This document shows, piece after piece, positions 39,418-46,955 of a stretch of DNA of 46,955 bases. A model generated the notes under the pieces. The model was not told the origin of the DNA and did no database searches. It saw only the letters and a program-made list of their open reading frames with translations. How positions within the stretch are numbered: position 1 is the stretch's first letter; the number at the start of each line of letters is the position of its first letter. The position numbers and the translations under genes were made by a program. The stretch comes from Bdellovibrionales bacterium (lineage in GTDB: Bacteria; Bdellovibrionota; Bdellovibrionia; Bdellovibrionales; JAGQZY01): positions 1 to 46,955 of the forward strand of contig JANPLN010000005.1 of NCBI GenBank assembly GCA_031426555.1, in the 5' to 3' direction.

Positions 39418-39927
39418 ATGAAAAAATTAAGTCTTTTGATATGTCTAAGTCTATTTCTGGGTTGTACCAAATCCCAACCCCCAAATCTATGGGATGCTGT
39501 GATAGCGAATCAGAAGCACCAAGTCTTCACAGATTTTAGCTTATCCAATTGCCAAAAGCCAAACGAGGATCAAATGAAAAAGGTGCTAGCCCTTATTGAG
39601 GCTGGCCAGGAGTGGGCGTTTAAAAACTCCATAAAGCTTTACTACTGCTTAGATCCGAAAGACATGATGGCATCAGATCGCGCTTCTGAGGTTTTTTTTG
39701 AAAATCAGCAAGAGCGATATTTACTTTTCTTAAATGACATGAAAATGCAGCATCTTCTTTATACCCATCTGTCCAATGTGCCTACCCGTGGTAATGATGA
39801 ACTTAGGGAAGAGCATCTTTTGCGGCGTATTGAAAAAATAAATGCATTGAAGTTTGACGAAGAGCAAAAGAAGTTAACTTTAGAAGCCTTGAAAACTCAT
39901 TTGGACTTAGCAACAAGCAATAAATAG
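39418..39927 (+). CDS. Hypothetical helical lipoprotein
   Basis: 'MKKLSLLICLSLFLGC' lipobox. Confidence 0.7.
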   Translation: MKKLSLLICLSLFLGCTKSQPPNLWDAVIANQKHQVFTDFSLSNCQKPNEDQMKKVLALIEAGQEWAFKNSIKLYYCLDPKDMMASDRASEVFFENQQERYLLFLNDMKMQHLLYTHLSNVPTRGNDELREEHLLRRIEKINALKFDEEQKKLTLEALKTHLDLATSNK

Positions 39928-39949
39928 CAAAAAAACGATAGTATCTACT

Positions 39950-40339
39950 GTGATAAAAATTATTTTAATTTTAGTATTTGTTCCGTTCGAAACATCTTTC
40001 GCTGCGGGCGTATCCCTTAAAGAAAAGGTCCAAATGACAAAACAACTGACTCAAGCTGATGCAGAGGTGATTGCCAGAAAGTATCTTGATAGGGACGGTA
40101 ACCCCTATCAGATGGCGATTGTCTCGGAAAAAACTCAATCTTACGATTTTGGATATGTTATTTTTTATGCGCCGAAGAAATTTTTAGAAACGAAGAATCC
40201 TGCAGATCTAGTTCCTGGAATTGGTCCGCTGGTGGTAGATTTTAGAGACAATCAGGCGCACCCTCTTCCAAGCGCAGTGAACCCTGAAGTGGCCATTAAA
40301 ACTTATAAAGAATTAAGAAATAAGAAATCACCTAAATAA
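39950..40339 (+). CDS. Imm35/YrhB-like immunity-domain protein
   Basis: 'AEVIARKYL...AIVSEKTQSYDFGYVIFY...FLET...VPGIGPLVVD' fits the YrhB/Imm35 pattern; there is a possible signal peptide. Confidence 0.65.
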   Translation: MIKIILILVFVPFETSFAAGVSLKEKVQMTKQLTQADAEVIARKYLDRDGNPYQMAIVSEKTQSYDFGYVIFYAPKKFLETKNPADLVPGIGPLVVDFRDNQAHPLPSAVNPEVAIKTYKELRNKKSPK

Positions 40340-40372
40340 TCGATCGAACAATAGGATCGCCTTGGAGAAATT

Positions 40373-40729
40373 ATGTTGGACAAAGCTTTTCGACTTTTGC
40401 TACCATTCATGTTTGTAGTTAGTAACGCCTGGAACCAGTCCATCATAACGGGAGCCGATATTAAAAATTTAGGACAGCAACAGATCATTAAAAATTTGGG
40501 ACAGCCCGACTTGAAAGAAACGTTCAAGATGAAAGACATGGGTCCCAGTGAGTTTCGAGTGGAGCTGTTAAACACTTACCCATTAAAGAATCCCAAAAAC
40601 CTTAATGTTGAAATACAGGAATGGACTTGGAAGAAAGGTGAAAAACAACGAACAGTTTGGTTTCACCAAGTTAAGGGCACGTGGAAGGCACTGCACTGGC
40701 ATGATTCGGACGTAGATACCGAATATTGA
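40373..40729 (+). CDS. Hypothetical exported protein with a SmpA/BamE-like motif
   Basis: 'IIKNLGQPD', 'IQEWTW', 'VWF'; hydrophobic N-terminus; RBS GGAG. Confidence 0.6.
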   Translation: MLDKAFRLLLPFMFVVSNAWNQSIITGADIKNLGQQQIIKNLGQPDLKETFKMKDMGPSEFRVELLNTYPLKNPKNLNVEIQEWTWKKGEKQRTVWFHQVKGTWKALHWHDSDVDTEY

Positions 40730-40758
40730 GCCTCCGATGGTTCATTCCACCAGGTTGG

Positions 40759-42795
40759 TCAGTATTCGTCCTGAGCTTTGATGGTTCGACCAGTGACGGT
40801 TATTTTTATCCCGCCCATGGAGAGAAGCTCTGGGTATTCCATCACATACACTGGAGCGAACCCCAATTCATCGGCCACATCCACTGATGCCTCCTTGTTA
40901 AAAAAACCGCTCAACGCTCCTAGAAAACTGCTTTCTTGCGGCTTCCTTAAAAAATCAACTACATCTGCTACGGAGGAGCCATTCGCCAGAAGCTCGAATG
41001 ACTTCAATGGAAATGTCGAGTGCGAAAATATTTCCATGAGACCTGAGGTTCCGAAACTTCTGCTTGAACCGATAATGTGCGGCATATCAGAATTGAAATT
41101 ATCGCCTCTTTTTTGTCGAAGTTTGAGAGCCTTTCGATAAACGAGAGTCCAAGCCAACAGTGTACTTTCCGACGAGCACGAATTATTCATAATAAAAATG
41201 GAGCTTTTTTTGCTCTGATATCTAACATCGAGAAGTTCCGCCAGGTCGTTAGGTTTCAATGTGACACCATCGAAAGTTTTTGAACCATCTGGCAATAATA
41301 CATGGAGGTGCAGAGCAACCTTGTTACCAGATTTATTTGTCGTACTTTTTTTTATTTTTACTAACAAACTGCTCTTAGTTCCAATATTAAAATAGTTAAC
41401 ATCCATCGCATGCATCACTGGAAAATACAGGTCAAATTTTGCGAAGTTTTGCTTTATATAATCCATGGTGTCCACTTCTTGGATATCGCCTTCAACTTCC
41501 CAGCCAGTCAGCGATTTTACAAAGAGTTTTGCTTTATCCACTGCTGCATGGTCAATCTCGCTTACAAGCGAAACTGTCATCAACCCATGGATGTCTTTTT
41601 CGTTCGCAAACTTTATATCGGATGGCGCTGGGATGATTTCAGCCGGTACCTTTTGAAATAAAAACCTATATTCCAAAAGATTGCAGGTAAGGTTGCTGGC
41701 ACTAAATCCTGTGGCGACAAAACTGCGCAGATCTTGGGCCGGCTTCCAACTTTCTACCAAATCGGTTCCAAATTGATTTCTATACCAATATTGGTTGCCG
41801 CTGTATTGTGTGTCTCGCCGCGGAAACATTCCATTTGCGCACAAAATGCTCACCGAATCTTGAGTTTTAAAAACCGAAAGGCTGGGAGTTTTGTTGATCG
41901 GGTCATGTATCTTTTGCGTCATATGAAAAAACCTGGCGAGTGCCTTTTGAGACAGCTTGCCGATTTGAATTTTGTCTAGAGGTACACTTGAGTCAGGATC
42001 TGCACCCATATTTTTTTTAATGAAATAGGCTGTGGAATACGTAGCGATTAAATCGAAGGGTTCGATCTTGGAACTTTCTGAAGCACCATTCGTGTTTGCG
42101 CTAAATTTTCCTTTCAATTTCGCTGACTGGGAATGGTACACTTTATAAATGTTTTCGCGATTCGTGTTGATGGCCGCAGTGATAATTTGAACTTTGTTTT
42201 CTAAGACATTGTCTTGATACACATGAAACCCATAGTCCCCATCGTATTTTACTCCGCGGGGAGCTTTTGGAAAGGTATCCATTGCTATTAGTACTTCGCT
42301 ATCTTTGTGAAAAATTGAGGCTTGGCCGCACATCGCCATACTTAGGTAGCTAGAAATATAAAAAGGGTCACCAGAACGAAGTGGGCCAAGAAAACACACA
42401 TTGAGTAAAGTATTTCGATCTTCAAGCGATAGAGCGCCGGTGATGATTGATCTAAATTTTTTGTAAATTGCGTTGCCTCCCACATTTGCATAAAGGGGGC
42501 CTAAGGTCTCCCAAGAATCGATGAATGCTGGATCCTGATAAACACGCACGACTTCGCTAGCTGCACTTTGCGGAGAAACATCTCCTGGACTATTCAGTGG
42601 AAAATTAACAACTTTGTAATCCCGATTTTCCTGACGGTGGTATGCAAGAATATCGCGCAAAAGTTTAATCACTTTTGCCTCATCGATAACTATTTCCTCG
42701 GTTGCAAGCGCCCTCCTCCGATCCGCATTGGAATTTACCGAAGTGCATGAGGTTAAAATTATAAATAAAGAAAAAATTCCAAAGAATTTAGCCAT
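40759..42795 (-). CDS. Large hypothetical lipoprotein with a possible clan-CD (caspase/gingipain-like) C-terminal domain
   Basis: ATG at 42795; lipobox 'LTSC'; 'LYFPVMHA' and 'IFIMNNSCSS' form a candidate His/Cys dyad. Confidence 0.6.
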   Translation of the reverse strand: MAKFFGIFSLFIILTSCTSVNSNADRRRALATEEIVIDEAKVIKLLRDILAYHRQENRDYKVVNFPLNSPGDVSPQSAASEVVRVYQDPAFIDSWETLGPLYANVGGNAIYKKFRSIITGALSLEDRNTLLNVCFLGPLRSGDPFYISSYLSMAMCGQASIFHKDSEVLIAMDTFPKAPRGVKYDGDYGFHVYQDNVLENKVQIITAAINTNRENIYKVYHSQSAKLKGKFSANTNGASESSKIEPFDLIATYSTAYFIKKNMGADPDSSVPLDKIQIGKLSQKALARFFHMTQKIHDPINKTPSLSVFKTQDSVSILCANGMFPRRDTQYSGNQYWYRNQFGTDLVESWKPAQDLRSFVATGFSASNLTCNLLEYRFLFQKVPAEIIPAPSDIKFANEKDIHGLMTVSLVSEIDHAAVDKAKLFVKSLTGWEVEGDIQEVDTMDYIKQNFAKFDLYFPVMHAMDVNYFNIGTKSSLLVKIKKSTTNKSGNKVALHLHVLLPDGSKTFDGVTLKPNDLAELLDVRYQSKKSSIFIMNNSCSSESTLLAWTLVYRKALKLRQKRGDNFNSDMPHIIGSSRSFGTSGLMEIFSHSTFPLKSFELLANGSSVADVVDFLRKPQESSFLGALSGFFNKEASVDVADELGFAPVYVMEYPELLSMGGIKITVTGRTIKAQDEY

Positions 42796-42890
42796 TCGCA
42801 GCCCCCGCTTAAACCTTAGTGTATGTGCTAACGACTCAATTTCAAACCATAGCACCGACTTTCGTCGGATGCGACTGTTGCAAGTGGGTC

Positions 42891-44477
42891 TTAAGACGAC
42901 ACTGATAAATGATTTTTGCGCAGGTTCACGCGCAGGCATTCCTTTAAAAAAGCGCGGATATCGACCAAAGCGGCAGGCCCATGCCGGGCATGGGAGGCCT
43001 TTCCCACTTCAAACAGCGAGCGCCACTGGCCGAACATAACCCGGTAGGCTTCGCGCACCTGCGTGCGTTCGTCGTAAATGTGAGTGATGTCGGCACCGGC
43101 TCCGTTGATTTCAACAATTTCAAAATCCTGACCAAGCTGCAAGCTTTCATGATCCTTGTAGCACACATCAAACCGTCCAAAATAAAAATTTGGCAACCGA
43201 TGTGCCAGTTGATCGATGCGCTCGCGAAGAGCTTCGCTGCGCAAATGCTGGCCATCGATAAAAATGGCGCCTTGAGAATGGTTTCCACACTCCGAAAGAT
43301 AAAATTTTTCATCGCTTGCAATGATGTTTTCAAGAGCCTTTCGGTGGCGACCAAAATAAAGAGGAGCGATGATGCGCGCTCGGCGGTCATTTAAAATGAG
43401 GTCGCCTAATTTCGTTTTTCCATCGCCCACAACAAAGGGGAAATCCTTATCGGTGATCGAACAAATTTCGCCGCGCTCATCTCCGGGATGGCGAATATAA
43501 AAAATCCCGGCTTCGCGGGCAAAACGGCTCTTTTGCTGAATAAGAAAATCAAAATTTGCGTGCTCAACGTAGGACTTAAAGTCTTGCATGCTTTTAATAA
43601 TCCGCACAGCAAACCCGCGCTGCCCGATGTTGGGTTTGGCGATAAAGGGAATTGCGAAGTGATTTTCTTGCAAGGCTGATTTAATTTTTTCAAAGTCGGT
43701 GCCGGCGGGAATTTTAAAAACTCTTAACGTGGCTGTATCCATGGGATCTAAATATTTAAGGATCTCCCACTTGGTTTCGCCGATGAGGCCACCGTTGAGT
43801 ATATCGGGGTTGGCATAAAAGGGATGAAATACGCTTCCATTTTTAATCGACAGGTAGATGTAATAGGGAACAATGGGTGCATAGGCAAACCACGCCGGCC
43901 AGAATTCAAAAATAAACCAGCGGCGCCAGGTGTGCAGTAAGCTTTTGCGATTCCACGGATCAAGAACGAGCGGCAAGAACATTCGCAATATTGCGAGGGC
44001 CGACACAAGAATCATAAAGCCCAACAGCCAATGATTTGAAATCATCTTAAGAAGCACACCACCACCTGTGAAGGCCGCAAGGACCCAAGCTGAAACGGCG
44101 AGAGGAATTAAACTAAAAAATCTCCAAGCTGGGTATGCGGCGAGCCCTGCGCCCGTGTAAGTGACAAAACGGGTCCCCGGCACAGCTCGCGCGAGTACAA
44201 TGGCCCAGCTCATGGCTTTGAGGCGCCGGGGCTCTTGAACAAAGGTTCGCACTTTTTGCAAAAGTCTCCATCGCAACAGCCACGGCGATACATTCGCTGC
44301 TCTGCCTAATAAATAAAGCATAACATCACCGCTTAAAATTCCAAAAAAACAGGCCGCATAAGCGGCGGCCCAGGAAATTTTTCCCTGCGCCACTAATAGC
44401 AAGCTGCCTGCAATGGCCCAGTCTTCAACAACAAATGTCGTTAATAAAAGGCTCCAAAATAAACTCAATGGGTCCAC
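42891..44477 (-). CDS. DedA/VTT membrane domain fused to an ATP-grasp (carboxylate-amine ligase-like) domain
   Basis: N-terminal 'TTFVVED', 'GDVMLYLLGR', 'ARAVPGTR' (DedA/VTT). C-terminal 'EFWP', 'PFIAKPNIGQRG', 'FLIQQ', 'GRFD', 'VEING' (ATP-grasp). Confidence 0.8.
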   Translation of the reverse strand: MDPLSLFWSLLLTTFVVEDWAIAGSLLLVAQGKISWAAAYAACFFGILSGDVMLYLLGRAANVSPWLLRWRLLQKVRTFVQEPRRLKAMSWAIVLARAVPGTRFVTYTGAGLAAYPAWRFFSLIPLAVSAWVLAAFTGGGVLLKMISNHWLLGFMILVSALAILRMFLPLVLDPWNRKSLLHTWRRWFIFEFWPAWFAYAPIVPYYIYLSIKNGSVFHPFYANPDILNGGLIGETKWEILKYLDPMDTATLRVFKIPAGTDFEKIKSALQENHFAIPFIAKPNIGQRGFAVRIIKSMQDFKSYVEHANFDFLIQQKSRFAREAGIFYIRHPGDERGEICSITDKDFPFVVGDGKTKLGDLILNDRRARIIAPLYFGRHRKALENIIASDEKFYLSECGNHSQGAIFIDGQHLRSEALRERIDQLAHRLPNFYFGRFDVCYKDHESLQLGQDFEIVEINGAGADITHIYDERTQVREAYRVMFGQWRSLFEVGKASHARHGPAALVDIRAFLKECLRVNLRKNHLSVSS

Positions 44478-45364
44478 AATTCTTTTCGATAACGAGCAAA
44501 GCAGCGGGCGCCCGCGTTTAACCGCAGCAAGGCGCCCTCGGCAATGAAAGGTGATAACTCAGGTCGTTCGGAGATCAATGGCTGAATCACTTGGGCGTTC
44601 CAGTCTTCGGAATGTTTCTTGTCGAGGGTCGAATGCAGTAAATAATATCTTTGGGCTTCGCCGCTTAAACCCAATCGCTTGAGTCCTTGATAGACGTGCA
44701 AAGCGCGATCGGGGGCGGTCATCTCGATGATGCCTAAGGCGCCGATGGAGTGATAGGCATAACGACGGTTGAGTGCAAGTCCCAGTAAAATATTGGCAAG
44801 AGCCAAAGACTCTGGAACAATTTCCTCGAGCGGCGACGGGGGTATTTGTAATTCCTGCGCCAGGCGAGTCAACATGGGGCCGTGCATACCGCGCTCCTGT
44901 CCCCGACCCATTTCATCCCAATAATTGCGCGCCATTTCGAGTTTTGCTTGCGTCGGCATTTTGATTTGTGTGAGTGCGGTTAAATCTTCAAAGCCGGCCT
45001 CACCGGCCACTTCTTGTTTTATAAACCAGGTCATCTGTTCGCGCGTTGCTTCTTCTGCCAGCCAAACAAATAAAGGATCATTCTGTCCCGGCCCCACATT
45101 GCGAAGCTCCGCAAACCACTGCATAAATTCAGTGGTTTTCTGAGGTGCACCTAAGGCGAGCTGAGCAATTTCGTGTCGTTCCTGTTCAAGGACTTCACCT
45201 TCGAGCGTTAGCAGCGCTAGATCTTCGTGGATTTTTTTTCGCCAATTTTGTTGTGGAGTTTGGGGAATAATTCGCGTTTTGTTAAAAATCGCCAACTGTC
45301 GATGGAGATCCCACAATGTCTGGTCGGCCTGGCTTTGCGGTTCTACAGAATTGATTGCATACAT
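44465..45364 (-). CDS. Heme-oxygenase-like diiron oxidase (iron-containing redox enzyme family, Haem_oxygenas_2)
   Basis: 'NYWDEMGRG....MH', 'GALGIIE', 'YYLLHSTLDKKHSEDW' carry the E/H/E/H/D/H ligand pattern of HDO enzymes; RBS GGAGG. Confidence 0.85.
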   Translation of the reverse strand: MYAINSVEPQSQADQTLWDLHRQLAIFNKTRIIPQTPQQNWRKKIHEDLALLTLEGEVLEQERHEIAQLALGAPQKTTEFMQWFAELRNVGPGQNDPLFVWLAEEATREQMTWFIKQEVAGEAGFEDLTALTQIKMPTQAKLEMARNYWDEMGRGQERGMHGPMLTRLAQELQIPPSPLEEIVPESLALANILLGLALNRRYAYHSIGALGIIEMTAPDRALHVYQGLKRLGLSGEAQRYYLLHSTLDKKHSEDWNAQVIQPLISERPELSPFIAEGALLRLNAGARCFARYRKELWTH

Positions 45365-45388
45365 TGAATTTCCTCCGTAGAGACTGGT

Positions 45389-45404
45389 TGCAGGGATTGT
45401 GCCG
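45389..45404 (-). promoter_or_regulatory. Sigma-54-like promoter of the HDO operon
   Basis: The minus strand reads CGGCAC-AATCC-CTGCA with correct GG-N10-GC spacing, just upstream of the RBS. Confidence 0.5.
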
Positions 45405-45463
45405 TGAACCTATTGTCGTTAAATAGGCCTATGCGGCTGGTAGATAAAAGACAAGAGGAAATT

Positions 45464-46417
45464 ATGGACATCAACGTCACCGAAGAACTAACAATCGAAC
45501 TGGGCCGTGCCCTCCTTCAGGAAGGTTACCAATTTACCACCGTGACCCCCGAAACCCATCGCCGCATTCTGGCGCGCGCGCCCGATAAAAACGCAAATTG
45601 CTTGCGTGAACTTTTTGGCTGGAACTGTCCCCTCCCCATCGAAAACCTACCGCCTGCAATTTTACAATTGGCTGAGCGAGCACAACTTATCGAACGACAA
45701 GGGAATCAGATCACAAGCAAAGTGCGTTTTTCCACATTGAACCAGAATATTTTTATGCATTCCGCTTTTCCCACCGATCAGGAAGATGCCGTTTTTTTTG
45801 GTCCCGACTCCTACCGCTTTGTGCGGTTTCTGATGGATAAAATAAAAAGTGCCAAACAAATTATCGATATCGGCTGTGGAAGCGGCGTTGGCGGATTGGC
45901 ACTGGCTCGGCATCTGAAAGAACATCACCGCGTGGATGTAGAAAATCTTTTTCTCTCTGATATCAGTTTACGGGCCTTGGAATTTGCGCGTATCAATTCG
46001 AAAATAACAAATTTGAAAATGGCGTCTGAAAAACCGCCGCAGTTTTTGCAGAGCGATCTTTTTAAAAACATTCCCACCGGCATCGACGTGGTCATCGCCA
46101 ATCCACCTTTTATAATGGATCGGCACGAACGCTTTTACCGGCACGGTGGACAAGCCCATGGTTCCGAACTTTCCGTGCGGATCGTCGTAGAGGCTTTGAA
46201 CTATCTTCAACCCGGCGGCCAGCTGGTACTTTACACAGGCACCGCAGTGGTAAATGGCCGCGATATTTTTCGCCAGGCCATCGATCCTTTCATCAAGGGT
46301 TTGGATTTTTCCTACGAAGAGATCGACCCAGATATTTTTGGCGAGGAATTAACTGATAGTAATTACTGCGATGTCGAACGTATCGCCGCCGTGGGCCTCG
46401 TCGTCCAAATAAGATAG
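45464..46417 (+). CDS. Class I SAM-dependent methyltransferase (HemK/PrmC/MTS-like, NPPF motif)
   Basis: 'AVFFGPDSYRF', 'DIGCGSGVGG', 'IANPPF', 'EIDPDIFGEEL'; ATG at 45464 after GAGGA. Confidence 0.88.
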   Translation: MDINVTEELTIELGRALLQEGYQFTTVTPETHRRILARAPDKNANCLRELFGWNCPLPIENLPPAILQLAERAQLIERQGNQITSKVRFSTLNQNIFMHSAFPTDQEDAVFFGPDSYRFVRFLMDKIKSAKQIIDIGCGSGVGGLALARHLKEHHRVDVENLFLSDISLRALEFARINSKITNLKMASEKPPQFLQSDLFKNIPTGIDVVIANPPFIMDRHERFYRHGGQAHGSELSVRIVVEALNYLQPGGQLVLYTGTAVVNGRDIFRQAIDPFIKGLDFSYEEIDPDIFGEELTDSNYCDVERIAAVGLVVQIR

Positions 46418-46493
46418 CCAAAAAAATAGTTAAAAAAATTGAATCCGTTGCTGACGCAAGTTAATATCAAACTACTTTAAGGGGGATGTTTCA

Positions 46494-46955
46494 ATGTTAA
46501 AACAAATATTATGTTTCGTTACTGTTGTGACCGCGCAATATTCTTTAAATGCCGCCGGCGTCACTGCAAGCTCAATCCAACCCTATTCTGATTGGATAAA
46601 AAAGAATGAGCTTTTTTTGCGAAGTTGCGCTTCTGATAGTGCGGAGCTGCAGAAACCAACAACTCCTGGAACCATGTTACATTCGCAGAAAAAAAACCTA
46701 AAAAGTCTGCATATTCCAACCGTTCAACTCAATCGCGACGGTTTGCCTTCGGATGTTTTGACAAAATATGATGCCATTCAACGACTGGCAAAAGGCAAGG
46801 CGACTTCAGTTTTAAAACAATCACCAAAAGCAAAAATGTACACAGAGGATCGATTGCAGAAAACAAACGGTCTCGCTCTGGCTTTGGAGGCCGATTTGGA
46901 TCCCGAGGACTACCTGCGCAGCTTTAATTATAAAATATCCTGCGAGTGTCGGTAC
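46494..46955 (+). CDS. Hypothetical exported protein (partial, runs off the right edge)
   Basis: Not in the ORF track. The ATG at 46494 follows GGGGGA and begins MLKQILCFVTVVTAQYSLNA; the frame stays open to the window end. Confidence 0.65.
   Translation, partial: MLKQILCFVTVVTAQYSLNAAGVTASSIQPYSDWIKKNELFLRSCASDSAELQKPTTPGTMLHSQKKNLKSLHIPTVQLNRDGLPSDVLTKYDAIQRLAKGKATSVLKQSPKAKMYTEDRLQKTNGLALALEADLDPEDYLRSFNYKISCECRY

Noticed and set aside
38698..40372. Integron cassette array for the short immunity-like genes
   Set aside because: The spacers are 15-54 bp with no attC-like inverted repeats, and the recombinase in the window lacks IntI size and features.

Overview
This is a gene-dense bacterial chromosomal window. 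The gene content most resembles a Bdellovibrionota (Bdellovibrio-like) predator; this is an inference from the Agl/Glt gliding cluster and the many short exported orphan proteins. From left to right it holds: (1) an Agl/Glt-type TolQ-TolR-TolR-TPR-GltF-GltG-lipoprotein-beta-barrel-GltC operon on the minus strand behind a sigma-54 promoter; (2) yheU-ychJ, a PEP-CTERM-like surface protein, an L,D-transpeptidase, a SleB/CwlJ-type hydrolase and a membrane-anchored HTH protein next to a palindrome-rich intergenic region; (3) an accessory block with a DUF4105 gene and a neighbour carrying an in-frame stop, followed by a catalytic-domain-only tyrosine recombinase; (4) the core rpmF-fabH-fabD-fabG-acpP-fabF-rpiB-glyA cluster, without plsX; (5) an extracytoplasmic redox block (diheme cytochrome c, cupredoxin, SGNH lipoprotein, signal-peptide katG with an OxyR-like box); (6) tRNA-Val(GAC), overlapped by CDSs at both ends and with a degenerate copy of its 3' end nearby; (7) lipB, a VC0807-family gene, hydrolases and mutM; (8) a His-motif membrane protein, an ankyrin protein and a run of immunity-like genes including Imm35/YrhB with no toxin gene; (9) a three-gene cluster of a heme-oxygenase-like diiron oxidase, a DedA/ATP-grasp fusion and a divergent NPPF methyltransferase. 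The last is the best candidate for an undescribed system. No CRISPR array, rRNA or IS element was seen. All calls come from reading motifs by eye; no database searches were run.
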